From Mobula hypostoma (Eukaryota), in assembly GCF_963921235.1 (NCBI RefSeq), contig NC_086108.1, forward strand, positions 77,378,001 to 77,442,000: a stretch of DNA of 64,000 nt. Direction: 5' to 3'. Below the pieces are notes generated by a model. It ran no database searches. It saw only the letters and a program-made list of their open reading frames with translations, and was not told the DNA's origin. Positions 52,589 to 64,000 of the stretch are shown piece by piece. The position numbers and the translations under genes were made by a program. Within the stretch, counting starts at the first letter, position 1; the number at the start of each line of letters is the position of its first letter.

Positions 52589-52999
52589 ATTGCTTTCACT
52601 TTGTACCTAGCAGTTCAACTGGCTGAAAACCACCTGCATAGGAATCATATTTCTTTTCTATCAGATGGCAAAGATATTATGATAACAACTAAGATTATTT
52701 GCTGAAATATTCTTAAGATTTTGTTTTACTTTCTAATCTCTGGGTTCTCAGTCACTTCACTTGCATTAGATACAAAACAAAAACACATCTGTAGGATGCA
52801 TTAAGTATTTAATAGTCCTTTTAATCATTCGTATGGTCATTTCTGTGCTTCTGTTTATTCAAAGTTCATCAGAAATGAATACCTGGATGTGGGCGAGGTC
52901 CTTAATGAGCTCCTTACATCAGTATTTACCAAGCAGAAGGAGACGGAGGATAGGGGATTAGTTAGGTTGCCACTTTGATTACCTATTTAATTGGATTTG

Positions 53000-54450
53000 C
53001 ACAACATTGTCGGAGCAAGGGCCAGTTCCCGTACTGTCCTCGCTATCTGGTGTGAGTATGCGTGCCAACGAGGGTCAGCACTAGAAAAAAAAGTTCGTTA
53101 AGTATAACAGCACGTTAGTGCACTGGGGTTTCAATTTAGCGCCAGGAGGAAGAAGCACAAAAGCTGCCCAAAAGTCGTGCAGGAAAAGAAAGTATTCACA
53201 AATAGACAAATATGTATGTACAAAAACCTGCAAAAGCTTTATTCACGACACACTTTGACTCCAGCTTTCCAATGTAACTACTCACTAATGATAAAAACCC
53301 AACCTCCACACCTCTCCAGCAAAACCAGCCTAAGGGTTTAAATCTGCCTCCGCCGGGCCGAGAAGGAACAGGAAATTCTACTGTTGGTCTGAGAGGAGGA
53401 GGGATGATCATGTGACCAGACCATAGTAATTATTTCAGATGCAGAATCGAAAAATTTTAAATCGAGATTCTAACATCCTACAGTTTTATTCAACAACAAA
53501 TGCATTAGTTAACTCGTTAGATCAGTGTCCACATGCTCAGATGAATATTAAAGAATACTGCCTCCCCAGCAGTGGTGTTGCCTGTGTAGGGTATAGTGCG
53601 CCTGCTCCCACGAACCCTGCCGCTGTTTTCGGACGCTCCTAACTGCCCCTCTGATCTTTTGGGGTCCTTCTGCTGTCTACAAATCGATGTAACGGTGTGA
53701 GTGAAAATAAATGAAACTCTTTGGAATGCCCGTGTCTAGAATCCTTATTTTTATGAGCTTCTAACTGTAGAGGTTGTTTTGATTAGCCAAGCAAGCGACT
53801 GTTTTACTGCTGGGGATGTGTAAATGGCGAGCTCCCAAGAACTGCAGAACGGGAGGGCAAAGTGTGGGAACTGCTGGGGAAATTAGACCAGGGACAGAAT
53901 GAGGAGGTTGACTAACCGGACACAGGGGCAAGGGTAGCGGGAGAATTCGCATTACCAACCCGTTCTGTCACAATCTAGAACTCTAAATATATGTGGCTAT
54001 TCCTAATGGCAAGTAGAAAGTTCCTGGCAGTGTTCCAGTTGCCCTAATGGGTGATGAGGTACCAATCATATTTAAGCGTAAACTGTGCTCAGAATTCTTA
54101 AAGTTGAATTTTTCTTTCTATTTATCACACTTTTTAATGGTTTCTGACATTTATAAATACAAACTAATTATCTGTATATTATTTTTCTGGATTAAAATGG
54201 GTAAGGTGCTTGAAAAGGCATGAAACGTTATGGGATATGCACTTTATACAAGTAAGAAATACGGAAAGTGCGTGTTTGACTACTTGATCGATCGTGTCTT
54301 CTAATACTTGGATTGGTATCTTAATCATTTTGGTAAATAACTGGACAGCTGGACCCTCCCCCATCCCGACCGAACATATGAACACTGTCCTAAGTTTATC
54401 AGAGGGCAGTTTATTTGGAAACCTACCAGTCACCTCTTAACTTCCAAAAC
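53000..54450. promoter_or_regulatory. Candidate cis-regulatory region (CpG-retaining, apparently unique DNA)
   Basis: Roughly 35-40 CpGs by eye in ~1.45 kb with no recognisable young TE, far above other unique DNA in the window. GC patch CCTCCGCCGGGCCG and M-box TCATGTGA at 53408. Confidence 0.35.
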
Positions 54451-56774
54451 CTCCCTTTCATTACGTCACTCTTATGCTGGGCTTTAAAGGGATAGATAAT
54501 GTATGGAGGGTAAAAATTCTGAGATGCAGGAAACTACACAACTTCAATCCTGTGTTCTGTTTCTGGGAACTTGCTGTCCAAGACTGACTGATATGCAGTT
54601 CCTCCATTTCAGTAGCGACTGTCTGATTGGCTGTAAAGAATTTTGGGAATCCAGATAATTTGGTGTGTCTCCACACCACAATAATCTGCAGCCAGATAAC
54701 AAACTTGGTTATCAGAAGCTGAAGAGCAGTTCACAACCTTGCTGTTGTAGACAATAACTGATTTTAATGTACAGCATATATGAAACAAGACAAAACTTTC
54801 CTCTTGATGCTGTTTTAGTGAGGGGGAAAAGAGAATTTCAGATAAAAGTTTGAAGAGTCTTTCTGTGCAGCCTCTTGATTGAATATTTTTAGAGTGCAAA
54901 GCATAGCATGAGGTGATGGACATAATTTTGGGGACTGATCTACATAGCACAGAAAAGCTATGAAAAAAATGAAGAAAAATGCAAACTAAACTATCCTTCC
55001 TCTTCAAGAAAGTAAATGATTACCAGGCTGAAGGGAACATAGATATTCTGATAAAATTAAATGTTAAAATTTGTAATTGTAAGATTAGCGATAGCATGGT
55101 AGCAGCATGCAGAAAATGGCATGTAAATGGAAAATAACCAGTGGCAATTACTCTTAATTAAATTCTCTGAAGTTGATCTGAACGTACTACTGAATTTCCT
55201 TTTCCTATTTTCATGCCACTTGCATCCAGACCTTGGGGATTTCCTAATACGTGCTTCAAAACATGCTGGGCCCACTTGGACTAATGCCACACACCTATCA
55301 GTGACCACTAGCAGAAGGACACAACAGGCTGCCTGTCAGATTAAATAAGCAACAGAGGGTAGATGTTGACAAGTTTTCTGGCAGCATTTTAAATGAACAT
55401 CCACCAATCCAAAGTTACAATAGTTCAAGTTTATTAGCAGTTAGGTTCCATTTAAAAAAAATTTTTAAGATTGGCACATTTTCTCTGCTTTTCATCTTGG
55501 GTTGAATGGGATAATGGGGAGAGAGGGGTAAAGGAAAAGGTCTCTTTACCATCTGACTTCATTCCCTCTCTCCAGCCAAGCTGAGATGGCTGCCAGCTAC
55601 GCCTTCCCACCCACTGGGAATGGAATTCCCCATGATTTTGTTGTTATTCGCTGATTTTGTTTTTCTCTTCAGTCCTGCTGAAGGGTCTCAGCCCAAAACA
55701 TCGACTGTACTCTTTTCCATAGATGTGGCCTGGCCTGATGAGTTCCTCCAGCATTTTGTGTACGTTGAAAGGTAACGAGGAAGTTTCCCACTCGTGATGC
55801 TAGTTCTATTAAGAATAAATGCCTCATTTAAAACAAAATTAATACTTACTCCTGTTTAAAATTGGTTAAGTTAATTAGTAATTGCTCTTATAATCAACAC
55901 AATCAGGTTTCACGTACTCATTTTGATGCGTTGTACAATACTGTGAAACAGTACCTGATTATGTAGTGGTAACTGGCTATGCAATCCTGGATTTTAACTT
56001 CATAATGAAAGTAATAATTAAGTGACAGCAGAAAGATTCCAACTTGCCTGGTTTCAGTTTCATTCAAATTCCTACTCTCTGCCATTGAAGCAAGGAGTAA
56101 TTTACAATACTGTATATGTTCCTATCAAAATCTTAGGAACATGAGATGAATCACATTCATTGGAAATGAACATGAAAAGATATTAAAAGAATCTGATATT
56201 AAGCAATTTTAATCTGAAATGCTGATGCTGCTGTTGCCTTCAGTAAACTGAGTCAGAGCAGTATTTTCAACTGCTGAGGGCCTGGCTGGCTGACCCGTAG
56301 TATAGTTGTTGGTGCTAATTGTTTACTGAACCAGAGGGTTATGATCTGTTTAGTATGGAATCTATTATCTCAGGGTTTAAACATACCAGCATGACCAAAG
56401 TAGACAGTACAGACCAGGAAACTTACCTGGAGTAGAGGAAGAGAAATGATGATGATCAACATGAAATATAACCTTGTACAAATAGAGGACAGCAGCAACC
56501 TAAGAAAGAGGGTACCTGAGTTTGTAGTGGTGTTTGGAAAACTTTCAATACAGATTAGTGATGATTAGAGTAAATGTAATGGGGAGGTAGAGGGAGGCAG
56601 GGTGGGAGGACTGGTTTTAGCTCTTGGTAGCAGATTCTCAGCTGCTGGTTGTCATCTCTGCCCAACTGGTTTGGTTACCTAAATAATGTCTCCCTACTGA
56701 CCTTCTAAATGGGATAGAGGTGCAGAAGTATCAACGGTTTAGGATTTGGTAAAGTAGCAACATAGGCTTATGTG

Positions 56775-58344
56775 GCGAAACCACCACGGTGGGCTTCACA
56801 GGTGAGAAGACAGCTGAAGCGTCTCAACCCAAGCAAGGCTGCAGGCCCGGATGGTATCAGTACCAGGGTGCTCAAAGCCTGTGCCCCTCAGCTATGTGGA
56901 GTACTTCGCCATGTCTTCAACCTGAGCCTGAAGCTCCAGAGGGTTCCTGTGCTGCGGAAGACATCCTACCTTGTCCCTGTGCCGAAGACGCCGCGCCCCA
57001 GCGGCCTCAATGACTACAGACCGGTGGCATTGACCTCCCACATCATGAAGACCCTGGAGAGACTTGTTCTGGAGCTGCTCCGGCCTAAGGTCAGGCCACA
57101 CTTAGATCCCCTCCAGTTTGCCTACCAGCCCCGACTAGGAGTTGAGGATGCCATCGTCTACCTGCCGAACCGTGTCTACGCCCACCTGGACAAGCCAGCG
57201 AGCACTGTGAGGGTCATGTTTTTTGACTTCTCCAGTGCGTTCAACACCATCCGCCCTGCTCTGCTGGGGGAGAAGCTGACAGCGATGCAGGTGGATGCTT
57301 CCCTGGTATCATGGATTCTTGATTACCTGACTGGCAGTCAACAGTACGTGTGCTTGCAACACTGTGTGTTCGACAGAGTGATCAGCAGCACTGGGGCTCC
57401 ACAGGGGACTGTCTTGTCTCCCTTTCTCTTCACCATTTACACCTCGGACTTCAACTACTGCACAGAGTGCTGTCATCTTCAGAAATTTTCTGATGACTCT
57501 GCCATAGTTGGATGCATCAGCAAGGGAGAGGAAGCTGAGTTCAGGGCTACAGTAGGAAACTTCGTCACATAGTGTGAGCAGAATTATTTGCAGCTTAATG
57601 TGAAAAAGACTAAGGAGCTGGTGGTTGACCTGAGGAGAGCTAAGGCACTGGTGACCGCTGTTTCCATCCAGGGGGTCAATGTGGACATGGTGGAGGATTA
57701 CAAATACCTGGGGATACAAATTGACAATAAACTGGACTGGTCAAAGAACACTGAGGCTGCCTGCAAGAAGGGTCAGAGCCGTCTCTATTTCCTGAAGAGA
57801 CTGAGGTCCTTTAACATCTGTTGGACGATGCTGAGGATGTTCTATGAGTCTGGTGGCCAGTGTGATCATGTTTGCTGTTGTGTGCTGGGGCAGCAGGCTG
57901 AGGGTAGCAGACACCAACAGAATCAACAAACTCATTCGTAAGGCCAGTGATGTTGTGGGGATGGAACTGGACTCTCTGACGGTGGTGTCTGAAAAGAGGA
58001 TGCTGTCCAAGTTGCATGCCATCTTGGACAATGTCTCCGATCCACTACATAATGTACTGGTTGGGCACAGGATTACATTCAGCCAGAGACTCATTCCATC
58101 GAGATGCAACACAAAGTGTCATAGGAAGTCATTCCTGCCTGTGGCCATCAAACTTTACAACTCCTCCCTTGGGGGGTCAGACACCCTGAGCCAATAGGCT
58201 GGTCCTGGACTTATTTCCTGGCATAATTTACATATTACTATTTAATGATTTATGGTTTTATTACTATTTAATTATATATGGTGCAACTGTAATGAAAACT
58301 AGTTTCCCCCGGGATCAATAAAGTACGACTATGACTATGACTAT
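56775..58344 (+). mobile_element. Young Rex1/Babar LINE, 5'-truncated, near-intact reverse transcriptase (pseudogenised)
   Basis: ORF 56772-57572 KAAGPDG...NDYRPVALTS...FFDFSSAFNTI...GAPQGTVLSPFLF...KFSDD. TGG>TAG stop at 57570 and a 2-bp deletion near 57851 relative to the 13510 copy. (GACTAT)n tail. Confidence 0.93.
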
Positions 58345-58397
58345 ATTCGTGTATGTCTGCGGAAGTAAAATGACAGACACAAAATCAAGCAAAGTGA

Positions 58398-59615
58398 TAA
58401 ACGCGAGATTCAGCAGATACTAGAGGTCAGAATAATACACATAAAATGCTGGAGGAACTCAGCAGGTCAGGCAGCATCTATAGAGAGGAATAAGCATTCG
58501 TTGATTTGGGTCAAGATACTTTAATCGGGACAGAAGCCAGAATAAAAAGGTAGGGGAGCGGAAGGAATAAATCCAAGCAGTTGATAGGTGAGACCAGGTG
58601 GCCTGGGGGAGGGGAGGGGTGATGAACAGACAAGCTGGGAGTTAATAAGGTGGAAGAGGTAAAGGGCTGAAGAAGAAGAAATCTGTTAGAAGAGAACAGT
58701 GGACCATGGGAGGAGGAGGAGAGGCACTATGAGGATGTGATAGGCATTTGAGGAGAAGAGAAGGAGTAAGAGGGAAGCCAGAATGGAAAAAGAAAGAAGG
58801 GGGAGAGGATAGAAATTACCAGAAGTTAGAGAAATAGGAGGCGGGAGGAGAGAGGCAGCGCACCACGCACGTGCGCAGCCCTCCGGTGAAAATGATATCG
58901 TATCTGCTAAATAAGGGCCATGGACAATTCTGATTTAATGGAGAAATGGACGTGAAAACACAGAGGAACATATGGAGAAATTTCTGAAACGCTCATTCAC
59001 TGCTGTCGTTACTGCGTGGTCGGGAATCTTTCGGAGGGTAGGCCTCAAAATCCCCGGCTTTGCCTGCTGGTGGCGACCGAGGTTGAGGTAGAATCGCTCG
59101 GACAGAGATGGCGCTCAGTACTTGGTGTCGGACAGCTGATCAGAGCTCAAAGTTTTCGGATGACCCAGAGTCGGACTGTGGTCGGCATGGTAGGGAGAGT
59201 TCTTCCTTCTCCCGTCTGCGTGAGATGTGGGACATTTGAGAGACTTTGAACTTTACTATGCTCATGGACTTCTTCATCAAGTTATGGTATTGTGCACTGT
59301 TGTAACTATATGGTATAATTATGTGGTTTTGTCAGTTTTTTCAGTCTTTTTCTGTCCTGTGTTTTGTGATACCATACTGGAGGAAATATTTCTTAATGCA
59401 TGCATTACTAAATGACAATAAAAGAGGGCTATGTGTCTTCATAATCTAAAATCAATGTTTATGCTATCAGCAGGTTGGAGACTACTCAGATGGAATATGA
59501 GGTGTTCCTCCTCCAACCTGAGTTTGGTTCTTCATAGCAGTGGAGGAGGACACAACCAGGCATGTTGGGTTGGGAACAGAAAGCCAATTTGAAACAGGGA
59601 GCCGCCAGGAAATCT
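58398..59615 (-). mobile_element. Older Penelope-like element 3' part, split by an insertion
   Basis: AAACGCGAGATTCAGCAGATAC terminus; GAAGTTAGAGAAAT | CAATGTTTATGCTATC continuity across the insert. Confidence 0.75.
58836..59448 (+). mobile_element. ~610-bp non-autonomous retroelement with CpG-rich non-tRNA head
   Basis: Interrupts a PLE with a possible AAAT TSD; head homologous to 35100-35210; ends GACAATAAAAGAGG...ATAATCTA like a LINE tail. Confidence 0.65.
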
Positions 59616-59619
59616 TTCT

Positions 59620-60704
59620 TTAGCATCAATGCCTCCTTGTGTAATTGGATCCTTGATTTTCTCACTTGCAGTTTGGTTTGGCAACAACATCTCCTCCACG
59701 ATCTCCACCAGCTTTACACTTACGACTTCACTTGTGGCGAAGTACAGCTCCAATGCCATATTTAAGTTTGCTGAGGACACCATTGTCATAGGCTGAATCA
59801 AAGGTGGAGGAGAATCAGCATGTAGGAGGGAGATTGAAAATCTGGCTGAAGGGTGTCACAACAACAACCTCTTACTTTGCTCAATGTCACAAACAGAGGT
59901 CCATGAGGCAGTCCTCATCTGGGGATAAGAGTTAGAGAGGGTTTGCAACTTTAAAATCCTTGGTGTTATCCTTTCGGGAGACCTGGTCTGAGCCCAGCAC
60001 AGAAGTGCAATTATGAAGAAAGCATGGCAGTGGCTTTACTTCATTAGGAGTTTGCAAAGATTCGGAACTTTGGAAAGCTAATGTAGATGTGTATTGGAGA
60101 GTATATTGACTGGTAGCATCGCGCCCTGGTATGGAAACAGCAATGTCCTTGAACAGTAAATACAAAAAGTAATGCATACAGACCAGTAATTCCGGGGAAA
60201 ACCATTGAGCACATCTACAAGGAGCACTCTCGCAGGAAAGCAGCATCCATCATCAAGAACCCCCACCACCCAGGTCATGCTCTCTTCTTGCTGCCGCAAT
60301 CAGGAAGAGAGTACAGGAGCCTTAAGACCCAAGCACCATGCTCAGGAACAGTTATTATCCCTCAGCTATCTGGCTCTTGAACCAGAGGGGATAACACTGC
60401 TCAACTTCACTCGCCCCATCACTGAACTGGTCCCATAACCTATGGACTCACATTCAAGGACTCTTCATCTCATGTTTTGGTTAATTAATGCTTATTTATT
60501 TACTATTATTATTTTCATTTGTATTGGCACAGTTTGTTGTCTTTTGCACATTGGTTGTTTGCCTGTACAGTTGGGTGTGGTCTTTCAATGTCTCAATTGT
60601 TTTTTTTCTATTTACTGTGTATGTCTGCAAGAAAATGAATCTCTGGGTTGTGTGTGGTGATATATATAGCTATCCTTTGATAATAAGTTTACTTTGAAAT
60701 TTGA
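59620..60704 (+). mobile_element. Decayed Rex1/Babar LINE RT end and 3' UTR
   Basis: INASLCNWILDFLT; FKFAEDT; ESILTGSIAPWYG; same 3' UTR as 44240-45706. Confidence 0.8.
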
Positions 60705-61405
60705 AGATGTAAGATTATTTAATGTCATATCCTGTACACATGTGTAAAGGAGAATAAAATAATTGCTCTCTGGATCTGATTCAGCTCAAAATAAACAATA
60801 AGATAAGGAACACAATAATAATAAAAACAGGATAAATACAAATACATAAGATCTCGTATATCTAGATTTCAGCTCTACATAATGTGACTGACAGGAAATA
60901 ATAAAGTCATTGTGGAGATAGTAGGTGGAGGTGTTGATCAGCCTTACTGCTTGGCGAAAGTAACTGTTTTGAGTCAGGTGATCCTGGCATAGATGTTACG
61001 TGGTCTCTTCCTTGAAGGGAGTGGGACAACCAGTCTATGAGCAGGGTAGGTGGGATCCTTCACGATGTTACAGGCCCTTTTCTGGCACCTTGCTGTATAG
61101 ACGCCAAGGTAGCAGGTAGACTAGTGCCAGTGATACGTTGGGCAATTTTAACTACCCGTTGTAGAGCCTTCCTGTCCATGGTAGTGCGAAACACTGATGC
61201 AGCTTGTTGGGATGCTCTCTACCGCCCATCTGTAGAATAACATGAGTATGGATTTGCAAAGTCCAGCTCTCTTCATGCTGCTCAGAAAACAGAGGCCTTG
61301 GTGAGCTTTCTTGACTGTGTAGGATGTGCTCCGGAACCATGAGTGATTGTGTGTGATGTGCACTCCAAAGCATTTGAAACTGCTGTGCCGTGATGTAAAG
61401 AGGTG
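60705..61405 (-). mobile_element. Rex1/Babar LINE 3' fragment, tail-to-tail with the previous copy
   Basis: Minus ORF SSFKCFGVHITHNHSW...VKKAHQGLCFL...FYRWAVESIPTSCI. Confidence 0.75.
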
Positions 61406-61921
61406 TGAGTGATACGACAGCATTCGAAACATCATTGCCAGTCCTTACCCCTCCTTCAAGTGCTGGGCCTAAAGCTCATCTGACTGCTCCCACCTTCCTC
61501 CTCAATCACACTATGGGGTCGACTAAATCAGCAGCTAATAGCCTGCCAAGGCCAAACCTGGAAAAAGATCAGACAATGCATTTTTTAGCTATGAACATGT
61601 GCTATTCCTGGTCGGTTGTTCAGAACGCAGTCGAAAATTTACTGCATAATTAACAATGGAAACAATCTTTGCTGCCCAACTGTGATACCATTCATATCAT
61701 TCTTGTTTGACCCTTAGCAGAATTTCCAGATGAGCTTTGCCCAATCTTCTTCCCTCTGTTCATATACAACATTACTAACAGTGAGTTGGAGGCAATTTTT
61801 AGATTTTCTTTATTAGTTTGATATTAAGAACTCTCACAGATGTGGATGTGGCATGACTGCTATGATGAACAATTGTTGCTTATCTAATTGCTTATTGAGA
61901 GGGTGATGATGAGCATCTTCC

Positions 61922-62275
61922 ATCACCTCAAGATAGCTCAAAGCATTGTACGGCCAATCTTGTTATAAGGTAGGAAACATAGTTCTCAATTCAGCCACGG
62001 TAAGCACACAGATTCAATTGATCATTCTGGGTGATATTGATTATGCAATACATTTTAATCAGAACGCCAGGAAAGCTACTACTGATTTTTTTAAGTAGTT
62101 CTCCTCAATCCTTCATATTCGCTTGCGAGCAGATGACCAAACACCAACACTTCTACTAGTGCAGCTTCCCCTTGTATTGCACTGCCTACCTCGGTTGTTG
62201 TGGGTCAGTGTCACTAGAAGGGGACATGACCACACAACCTTTTAACTTAGAGATATGAGTGAGTCACTGAGCCAA
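61922..62275 (-). mobile_element. Ancient Deu-domain SINE, decayed
   Basis: CAAAGCATTGTACGGCCAAT ... AGTGCAGCTTCCCCTTGTATTGCACTG ... CACAACCTTTTAACTTAGAG ... CACTGAGCCA (reverse tRNA-like head). Confidence 0.6.
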
Positions 62276-62569
62276 ATGAGACTCAATTTTGGAATGGGCT
62301 ATTCAGAGCAACTTACAAATAGCATGGAATCTGTTCTATTTTCATCCTGGCTAAAGTGAATGACTTTTATGCAATAAATGCATCATCAGCTTAGAATGGC
62401 CAAACGCTTGTCCTAAGTCTTTCACAAAATTTTGTTTGCTCATGAGAGTGCAACCAAATGCCAGAGGCAGTAACACAATGTCACGGTTCCTACGTCCACA
62501 CAATTCTTTGCAGAAGAATTCAACCTATCACCATCTCTCTTGCATCTTTCAAACTCTGCAAATGGAATG

Positions 62570-62752
62570 TCACACCACTGAAGTCATTGCCCAGTCCTGC
62601 AACATCCCTTTGATTGTCCCTCCAGCTACCTTGCAGCCATCTGAATCAGTCCCTTTGGTATCTATGACAATTTTAAGTTCAGATGTAAGGGAAATCGTGG
62701 AAGAGGTTCTTAGTTCCAGCAATGAAATTTTGGTTTCTTCTAAGTCCAAATT
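62570..62752 (-). CDS. Possible terminal coding exon of an unidentified gene (weak)
   Basis: Minus-strand acceptor TCTTTGGCTCTTGCTTGCAG, then a 60-codon open frame ending WAMTSVV-stop in non-repetitive DNA. No homology recognised. Confidence 0.15.
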   Translation of the reverse strand, partial: NLDLEETKISLLELRTSSTISLTSELKIVIDTKGTDSDGCKVAGGTIKGMLQDWAMTSVV

Positions 62753-62842
62753 CTGCAAGCAAGAGCCAAAGATTTTATGAAACAAAAGCTTTGCCTGGCT
62801 TCTGGGTGGAGAGAGGCTGAACCTGATTCCCTTCTCCAAACA

Positions 62843-62966
62843 CAAACAAAAGAAAATCCTCAGATGCTGGACTGTCTCAGAGGGTCTCGGCCCAAAATGT
62901 TGACTATACTCTTTTCCATAGATGCTGCCTGGCCAGCTGAGTTCCTCCAGCATTTTCTGTGTGTCA
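62843..62966. mobile_element. Fold-back PLE mini-insertion
   Basis: 12-bp TSD CTTCTCCAAACA (62831-62842) / CTTCTTCAAACA (62967-62978); a minus terminus is joined to a plus pLTR piece. Confidence 0.7.
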
Positions 62967-63060
62967 CTTCTTCAAACATTGTATCAGTTAACTGATATAG
63001 CATGACAAAGGGGCAAAATGTTCAATCCAACAAATTGTGAGAATCCATTGTGTTTGCAGA

Positions 63061-63283
63061 ACAAGCCGCACACACAGTACAAGAGGAACTCAACACGCCA
63101 GGCAGTATCTACAGAAAATAGTACATAGTGTTTCAAGATAAGAACCTTCATCAGGACCTGAAGAAGGCTCTGGGCCCAAAACGTCAACTGCACTCTTTTC
63201 CACAGATGCTGCCTGGGCCTGCTGAGTTCCTCTAGAATTTTATGTGTGTTACTTCCGAATTCCAGCATCTACAGATTTTCTCT
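63061..63283. mobile_element. Palindromic PLE mini-element with back-to-back decayed hammerheads
   Basis: TGTTTGCAGA repeated at 63051-63060 and 63284-63293; centre CCTTCATCAGGA-CCTGAAGAAGG. Confidence 0.7.
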
Positions 63284-64000
63284 TGTTTGCAGAGTAAGTC
63301 GTGGACAGTCACAAGCAACTCTCAGCATTCTCATGTCCACACACAAAGGAGTCATTCTCAGATGTATTTGCCATAGTCCAGAATGAGAGCCAGCCTTGTT
63401 CTCTCACTTCCGTGCAAGCAGAGGTGGAAAAGAGCCCACTCCAAAGCTAAAAGAAACTAATCAATAACAACAATGAATTGAATAGGTTAAAAGTTCCCAT
63501 GGCATCTGGATCAGTTAGTTTCCAGGCTGCTGAGGGAGAAATGCAAATGGACTAACGAAAAGAAGCACATTACTTACTTGAAAGGTAGATAATTATCAAA
63601 TGTTTCAGAAAACATGTTTATTTCTGTTCTTTTGTGTCATTTAGGTTAAAATTAAAATCTATACGTTTTTTTCAGGTAGCTTTAACTAACAGTGCTTGTC
63701 CTTAAATATTGCTTGTTTTTGCCATGAAGAAATGGAGCCGGCTTTGATGCAGTGAAGCTGAAGTTGGGGTTTGGATTGAGAAATTTCAAAGCTCTATTTT
63801 TCGATCAGCACTCAACTCAACTGACCTCAGAGGTTAAAGCTCCTTAGGAGTGACTACATAGAATTAGGCCAAATTCTAAGATGAAAAATACTATCCCCTA
63901 AGAGCGCAAAAAAAGAGTAAGGACATTGGGAGGTGGTTAGTTTGTGAAGGAAGATTGTGTACTTCTTGCATTAAGATGGATGTTTACTGCCTTGTAAAAA

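Noticed and set aside
5243..52610. Recurrent short ORFs containing SVSPDEGSRPETSTVPLPRDAAWPAAF, suggesting a small-protein family
   Set aside because: They are translations of the PLE pLTR/hammerhead region; conservation reflects repeat identity and RNA structure, not a host gene.
56772..57572. 266-aa ORF as a host gene or functional RT
   Set aside because: It is a 5'-truncated LINE with a downstream stop and frameshift; the start is an artefact at the insertion edge.
63575..63660. Minus-strand donor CAA|GTAAGT as the upstream partner of the 62752 acceptor
   Set aside because: The only reasonable open frame ends in phase 2, which hits a stop within four codons after the acceptor.
1..64000. 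CRISPR arrays, rRNA genes, operons or prokaryotic defence systems
   Set aside because: The DNA is vertebrate and repeat-rich; I saw no regularly spaced repeat-spacer array, rRNA or gene-dense segment.

Overview
Vertebrate nuclear DNA, AT-rich and repeat-dense. The mix of HE1/V-SINEs, Deu-SINEs, CR1, Rex1/Babar LINEs and Neptune-type Penelope-like elements (PLEs) points to a cartilaginous fish, probably a ray (inference). I found no host protein-coding gene I can name. Every recognisable ORF is a transposon remnant: PLE GIY-YIG endonuclease, CR1 ORF1/ORF2, Rex1/Babar endonuclease/RT, RTE and L2 RT, or Tc1 transposase N-terminus. Well-delimited insertions include a PIF/Harbinger MITE (TAA TSD), a Tigger MITE resembling mammalian MER2 (TA TSD), a composite Tc1 derivative and two solo LTRs with 4-bp TSDs. 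The clearest 'system' is the PLE family. It carries minimal hammerhead ribozymes (three intact cores) and has made at least five TSD-flanked fold-back insertions that share one asymmetric rule: one arm reaches the full terminus and the other stops at an internal GTGTG site. Other oddities are a 322-bp chimeric insert with a 19-bp TSD, a ~610-bp non-tRNA non-autonomous retroelement, a 23-bp templated insertion copied from a neighbouring MITE, a CpG-retaining unique region (candidate regulatory element) and one weak candidate exon. Family assignments come from recognising motifs by eye, not database searches, and the boundaries of decayed repeats are approximate.
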